NCBI GenBank assembly: GCA_963760735.1
Contig: CAVXEB010000007.1
Coordinates: forward strand, 543,930 to 607,929
DNA from: an uncultured Chloroflexia bacterium
GTDB taxonomy: Bacteria > Chloroflexota > Limnocylindria > Limnocylindrales > CSP1-4
DNA: 64,000 nt
Direction of reading: 5' to 3'
Within the stretch, counting starts at the first letter, position 1. Every line of letters starts with the position of its first letter. The notes under the pieces are model-generated. The model saw only the letters and a program-made list of their open reading frames with translations. It was not told the DNA's origin and did no database searches. Below are positions 60,089-64,000 of the stretch, piece after piece. The translations under genes and the position numbers were made by a program.

Positions 60089-61111
60089 GTGCCCGATCCG
60101 ACCGTCCTCGTCCGCGACCTCCGCAAGACATTCAGCGTCCCCGTCCGCGAGGGCGGGCTGTCGGCGGCCGCTCGCAGCCTCGTCCGGCGTCGGAACCGGG
60201 AGATCCAGGCCGTCGCCGGCATCTCGTTCCAGGTCGATCCAGGCGAGGTCGTCGGGTTCCTCGGCCCGAACGGAGCGGGCAAGACGACCAGCCTCAAGAT
60301 GCTCAGCGGACTCCTCTACCCGACGTCTGGCGAGGCGACGGTGCTCGGCTTCGTCCCGTCGCGCCGCGAGGCGTCGTTCCTGCGCCGGATCACGATGGTG
60401 ATGGGCAACCGGAACCAGCTCCAGTGGGACCTGCCCGCCCTCGACTCGTTCGAGCTGACCCGGGCGATCTACCGCCTGGATCCGGCCGACTTCCGCCGGA
60501 CTCGCGACGAGTTCGTCGAGCTGCTGGATCTCGGTGAGCTCGTCCACAAGCCCGTCCGCAACCTGTCCCTCGGGGAGCGGATGAAGATGGAGTTCGTCGG
60601 TGCCCTGCTCCACCGGCCGCAGGTCCTGTTCCTCGACGAGCCGACGCTCGGCCTCGACGTCACGATGCAGAAGCGGATCCGGAGCTTCGTCGCCGAGTAC
60701 AACCGGCGCTACGGCGCGACGGTGCTCCTGACGAGCCACTACATGGCCGACGTCCAGGCGCTCTGCCGGCGGGTGATCGTCATCCACCACGGCCGGATCC
60801 TGTTCGACGGCAACCTCGCCGATCTCGCGACCCGGTTCAACGCGACGAAGACGATCGGGGTCACGCTCAAGGACGGACCCACCGACACGGCCCCGGTCGA
60901 CTTCTCCGCCTACGGCGAGATCCTCCCGACCGACGACGACCGGGTGATGCTCCGGGTCATGCGGACCGACGCGGCCGAGGTCACGACCCGGCTCCTCCGC
61001 GACCTGCCCGTCGCGGACCTGACGATCGAGGACCCGCCGATCGAGGACGTCATCGAGCAGGTCTTCCTCGAGGCGCACGACGAGCGCGTCGAGGCGGCCC
61101 CCACCGGATGA
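60089..61111 (+). CDS. ABC exporter ATPase
   Basis: GPNGAGKT, LSLGERMK, DEPTLGLD, TSH. Confidence 0.92.
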   Translation: MPDPTVLVRDLRKTFSVPVREGGLSAAARSLVRRRNREIQAVAGISFQVDPGEVVGFLGPNGAGKTTSLKMLSGLLYPTSGEATVLGFVPSRREASFLRRITMVMGNRNQLQWDLPALDSFELTRAIYRLDPADFRRTRDEFVELLDLGELVHKPVRNLSLGERMKMEFVGALLHRPQVLFLDEPTLGLDVTMQKRIRSFVAEYNRRYGATVLLTSHYMADVQALCRRVIVIHHGRILFDGNLADLATRFNATKTIGVTLKDGPTDTAPVDFSAYGEILPTDDDRVMLRVMRTDAAEVTTRLLRDLPVADLTIEDPPIEDVIEQVFLEAHDERVEAAPTG

Positions 61112-61974
61112 GCGCGGCGGCGCCGGCCTCCACCCTCCCGCCGACGGTCCGTCTCGGACTCCTCGGGGCCGTCCGCGCCTGGGTCGACTTCTACACGACG
61201 GAGATGCGGGTCGCGATCGCGACCCAGATCCAGTACCGCGTCTCGAACTACTTCTACATGATCGGGATGATCGCGGAGCCGGTGATCTACCTGGTCGTGT
61301 GGTCGACGGTCGCGACCCAGCAGGGCGGCGAGGTCGGCGGGTTCACGCCCGGCGACTTCGCCGCCTACTACATCGTCTGGACGCTGGTCCGGAACATGAA
61401 CATCGCGCTCACGCCGTGGGCCTGGGAGGAGCGGGTCCGGCAGGGCGAGCTCTCGGCGATGCTTCTCCGCCCGATCCATCCGATCCACGCCGATCTCGCC
61501 GGCATGGCCGGCTGGAAGGTCGTCGTCATCATCCTGTGGCTGCCTCTGGCGGCGTTCCTGTCGCTGATCTTCCACCCGACGTTCGACACGAACCTGCTCG
61601 ACATCGTCGTCTTCTTCATCGCGATCTGGGGCGCCTACGTCCTGCGCTCGATGCTGCTCTGGCTGCTCGGATTGGTGACCTTCTGGACGACCCGGGTCGG
61701 GCCGGTGTTCGACATCTTCTTCACCGCGGAGCTGCTGCTGTCCGGCCGGCTCGTGCCGCTGAGCCTGATGCCGGAGTGGGCCCAGCAGCTCGCGGCGGTC
61801 CTGCCGTTCCAGTGGTCGTTCGGCTTCCCGATCGAGGCGCTGATCGGCCAGCTCCCGCCCGAGCAGCTGGCCTACGGCCTCTTCATGCAGGTTCTGTGGA
61901 TCACGATCAGCGCGGTCGCCGTCGCGTTCACGTGGAAGCGGGCCGTCCGTCGCTTCTCGGCGGTCGGCGGATGA
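61108..61974 (+). CDS. ABC-2 permease (DUF990 type)
   Basis: GELSAMLLRP, LSGRLVPL; about 6 TM. Confidence 0.85.
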   Translation: MSAAAPASTLPPTVRLGLLGAVRAWVDFYTTEMRVAIATQIQYRVSNYFYMIGMIAEPVIYLVVWSTVATQQGGEVGGFTPGDFAAYYIVWTLVRNMNIALTPWAWEERVRQGELSAMLLRPIHPIHADLAGMAGWKVVVIILWLPLAAFLSLIFHPTFDTNLLDIVVFFIAIWGAYVLRSMLLWLLGLVTFWTTRVGPVFDIFFTAELLLSGRLVPLSLMPEWAQQLAAVLPFQWSFGFPIEALIGQLPPEQLAYGLFMQVLWITISAVAVAFTWKRAVRRFSAVGG

Positions 61975-61981
61975 AGCCGCG

Positions 61982-62839
61982 ATGACCGCGATCGTCCCGG
62001 ACTCGGTGCCGCCCCCGGCCCGGCCGTTGCCGGCCGATCCGCCGCGCCAGCTCTTCCGGTCGATCCGCCTGTTCGCGATCTTCTTCCGGATCGGCGCGCT
62101 GAACGAGCTCCAGTACCGGGCGAACCTCGCCGTTCAGCTGTTCCAGTCGCTGATCGCGCTCTTCACCGGGCTCGCGGTGCTGGCCCTGGTCTTCGACCAG
62201 ACGTCGAACCTCGGCGGCTGGTCCCAGTCGGAGCTCCTCGCGGTGATGGGGGTCCACATCCTGATGGGCGGGGTGATCCGGACGGCGATCCAGCCGAACA
62301 TGGAGCGGCTGATGACCGACGTCCGCCAGGGCACGCTCGACTACCTGCTGACGAAGCCCGAGGACGCCCAGGTGATGATCAGCGTCCGCGAGTTCCGGAT
62401 CTGGCAGGCGGTCGACATCGTCGTCGGCGCGGTCGTGCTGGCGATCGGGATCGGGCGGCTCGAGACGTCGATCGGGGTGGGATCCGCGCTGATCTTCGCC
62501 GGGGCCCTCCTCCTCGGCGCGGTGATGATCTACTGCTTCTGGCTGATCCTCACGACGGCGGCGTTCTGGGTCGTCCGGATGGACGAGCTCCACGAGCTCT
62601 TCGACGGGATCTACCAGTCCGGTCGCTGGCCGGTGACGATCTACCCGGGCTGGCTCCGCATCGGGCTGACGTTCCTCGTCCCGATCGCGTTCGCCGTCAC
62701 GGTCCCGGCCGAGGCGCTCACCTCGCGGTTGACGCCGGAGACGCTCGCGATCGCGGCCGCCTTCGCGATCGCCCTCATCGTGGTCAGCCGCTGGTTCTGG
62801 CGGACCGGCCTGCGCCAGTACTCGGGGGCATCCGCCTAG
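61982..62839 (+). CDS. ABC-2 permease (DUF990 type)
   Basis: YRAN, GTLDYLLTKP, WPVTIYP, YSGAS. Confidence 0.85.
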   Translation: MTAIVPDSVPPPARPLPADPPRQLFRSIRLFAIFFRIGALNELQYRANLAVQLFQSLIALFTGLAVLALVFDQTSNLGGWSQSELLAVMGVHILMGGVIRTAIQPNMERLMTDVRQGTLDYLLTKPEDAQVMISVREFRIWQAVDIVVGAVVLAIGIGRLETSIGVGSALIFAGALLLGAVMIYCFWLILTTAAFWVVRMDELHELFDGIYQSGRWPVTIYPGWLRIGLTFLVPIAFAVTVPAEALTSRLTPETLAIAAAFAIALIVVSRWFWRTGLRQYSGASA

Positions 62840-62874
62840 GCAGGATCCAGCGGTTCGACGCCGACCCTTCCTGG

Positions 62875-63693
62875 TCACGCCGCCGGCGGACGGAGGAGGC
62901 GGAGGGGGATCACGGTCCCGAGGTAGATGGCCAGGACGCCTGCGCCGGCGAGCGCCCCGAAGATCAGGGCCGGGGACGGGGACGCCCACGGACCTTCCCG
63001 GATCGCGTGCCAGAGATCGAAGGCGACTGCGGCGCCGACGGCGAGGACGACGCCGAAGAGCCAGCGGTGACGGCGCGGGCTCAGCGACGATCGATCGAGG
63101 AACCGCTCGAGATCCGAGGCCGCCCGGTCGATCGGGCGGCCGACACCGATCACGTTCGCGATCTCGGACGCCAGGCCGATGAGGTCGTCGACGACATCGG
63201 GCTCGAACGCTTCGAGGGGCGATGTGGGCGTCGCGACGGCGGCGGCCCGGATCGTCGAGGCGAGCGCCAGACCCGACAGAACGATCGACGCGGCCACCAG
63301 GCCGACGAGGACCGGTGCCCCAACGCCCGCTTCGGGCCCGAACCCGTTGGCGACGATCGCCTGGGCGTCAACGCCCGCCGCGATGAGGACAATGCCGGCG
63401 GCGAGGCCCGATCCGAGGCGGATCCGGGATGCGGTCGCCGCGGGGAGGACCCGCTCGCGATGGCGGAGGCTGCGGATCCACGTCGCGCTCGCGACCACCG
63501 GCAGGAAGATCGCGGCGTAGCTCGCGAACGCGTCCCATGGGTCGTCGCCGAACGGCGAGAACTCGCGGATCGTCGCGACCTGGGTCGACAGGACCCAGAG
63601 GATCGCGTACCCGACCACGGCCGCGGCCGCGATGTTCGCCGCGTCGCGGGTGGCCCGGGTCGCGCGATCGGGCGAGCGGTGCCGATGCGTCAC
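62875..63693 (-). CDS. Hypothetical membrane protein
   Basis: About 6 TM; SPFGDDPWDA; GTGA overlap. Confidence 0.65.
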   Translation of the reverse strand: MTHRHRSPDRATRATRDAANIAAAAVVGYAILWVLSTQVATIREFSPFGDDPWDAFASYAAIFLPVVASATWIRSLRHRERVLPAATASRIRLGSGLAAGIVLIAAGVDAQAIVANGFGPEAGVGAPVLVGLVAASIVLSGLALASTIRAAAVATPTSPLEAFEPDVVDDLIGLASEIANVIGVGRPIDRAASDLERFLDRSSLSPRRHRWLFGVVLAVGAAVAFDLWHAIREGPWASPSPALIFGALAGAGVLAIYLGTVIPLRLLRPPAA

Positions 63694-64000
63694 CTCCGGA
63701 GGCTCGCGATGTGCTCGTCGTCATGGTCCGCGGCCTTCGCCATCAGCCCGGCAACGTCGATGACGCCGAACGTGTCGTGCGTGCCCGTCCGCGCCCAGCC
63801 GTCCGGGCCGAGCGCGTCGAGGATCGCGAGGGTGGATGCACGCGCGGCGGCATGGGTGGCGATGACGTCCTCGAGACCGGCGCCGGGCGCGCCGAGCCAT
63901 TGGTCGGGCTCGGCCCACGCCCAGCGAGGGTGGTCCTCGGTCTCCAGCTGGCGAAGGCGGACCTGCCAGACCTGTTCCTCGACCGCGATCAGGTGGCGCA
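63690..64000 (-). CDS. DinB-like protein (5' end beyond window)
   Basis: Manual translation RHLIAVEEQVW...WARTGTHDTFG...DHDDEH, open to TGA at 63690. Confidence 0.75.
   Translation of the reverse strand, partial: RHLIAVEEQVWQVRLRQLETEDHPRWAWAEPDQWLGAPGAGLEDVIATHAAARASTLAILDALGPDGWARTGTHDTFGVIDVAGLMAKAADHDDEHIASLRR

Overview
High-GC (roughly 70% or more by eye) bacterial chromosomal segment, densely coding with about 60 genes. Gene families and style suggest Chloroflexota, possibly Ca. Limnocylindria/Ellin6529 (inference only). Many genes are broken by 1-nt indels clustered at about 15.3-18, 34.8-35.9 and 46.3-50.4 kb, which look like long-read errors. Main content: fumC; a sodC-padR-padR-membrane protein-Rieske operon with a triple operator; a GlnA4-like gamma-glutamylation set (APC permease, two SDRs, GS-like ligase, ALDH) interrupted by a signalling block (9-GAF hybrid kinase, REC-GAF-class III cyclase, Hpt) and an ECF sigma/beta-propeller pair; ppgK; purE; a KamB/NpmA-like 16S rRNA m1A1408 methyltransferase with an in-frame TAA; a nucleoside hydrolase plus ECF transporter; a sulfur/Fe-S region (rrf2-sufC-[SnoaL::sufS] ... 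sufU-moeZ-cysO-cysM ... mec) split by an ABC importer, with both halves carrying the same palindromic operator; tldD-pmbA-HAD; and an ABC-2 exporter. No tRNA, rRNA, CRISPR array or transposase was recognised.
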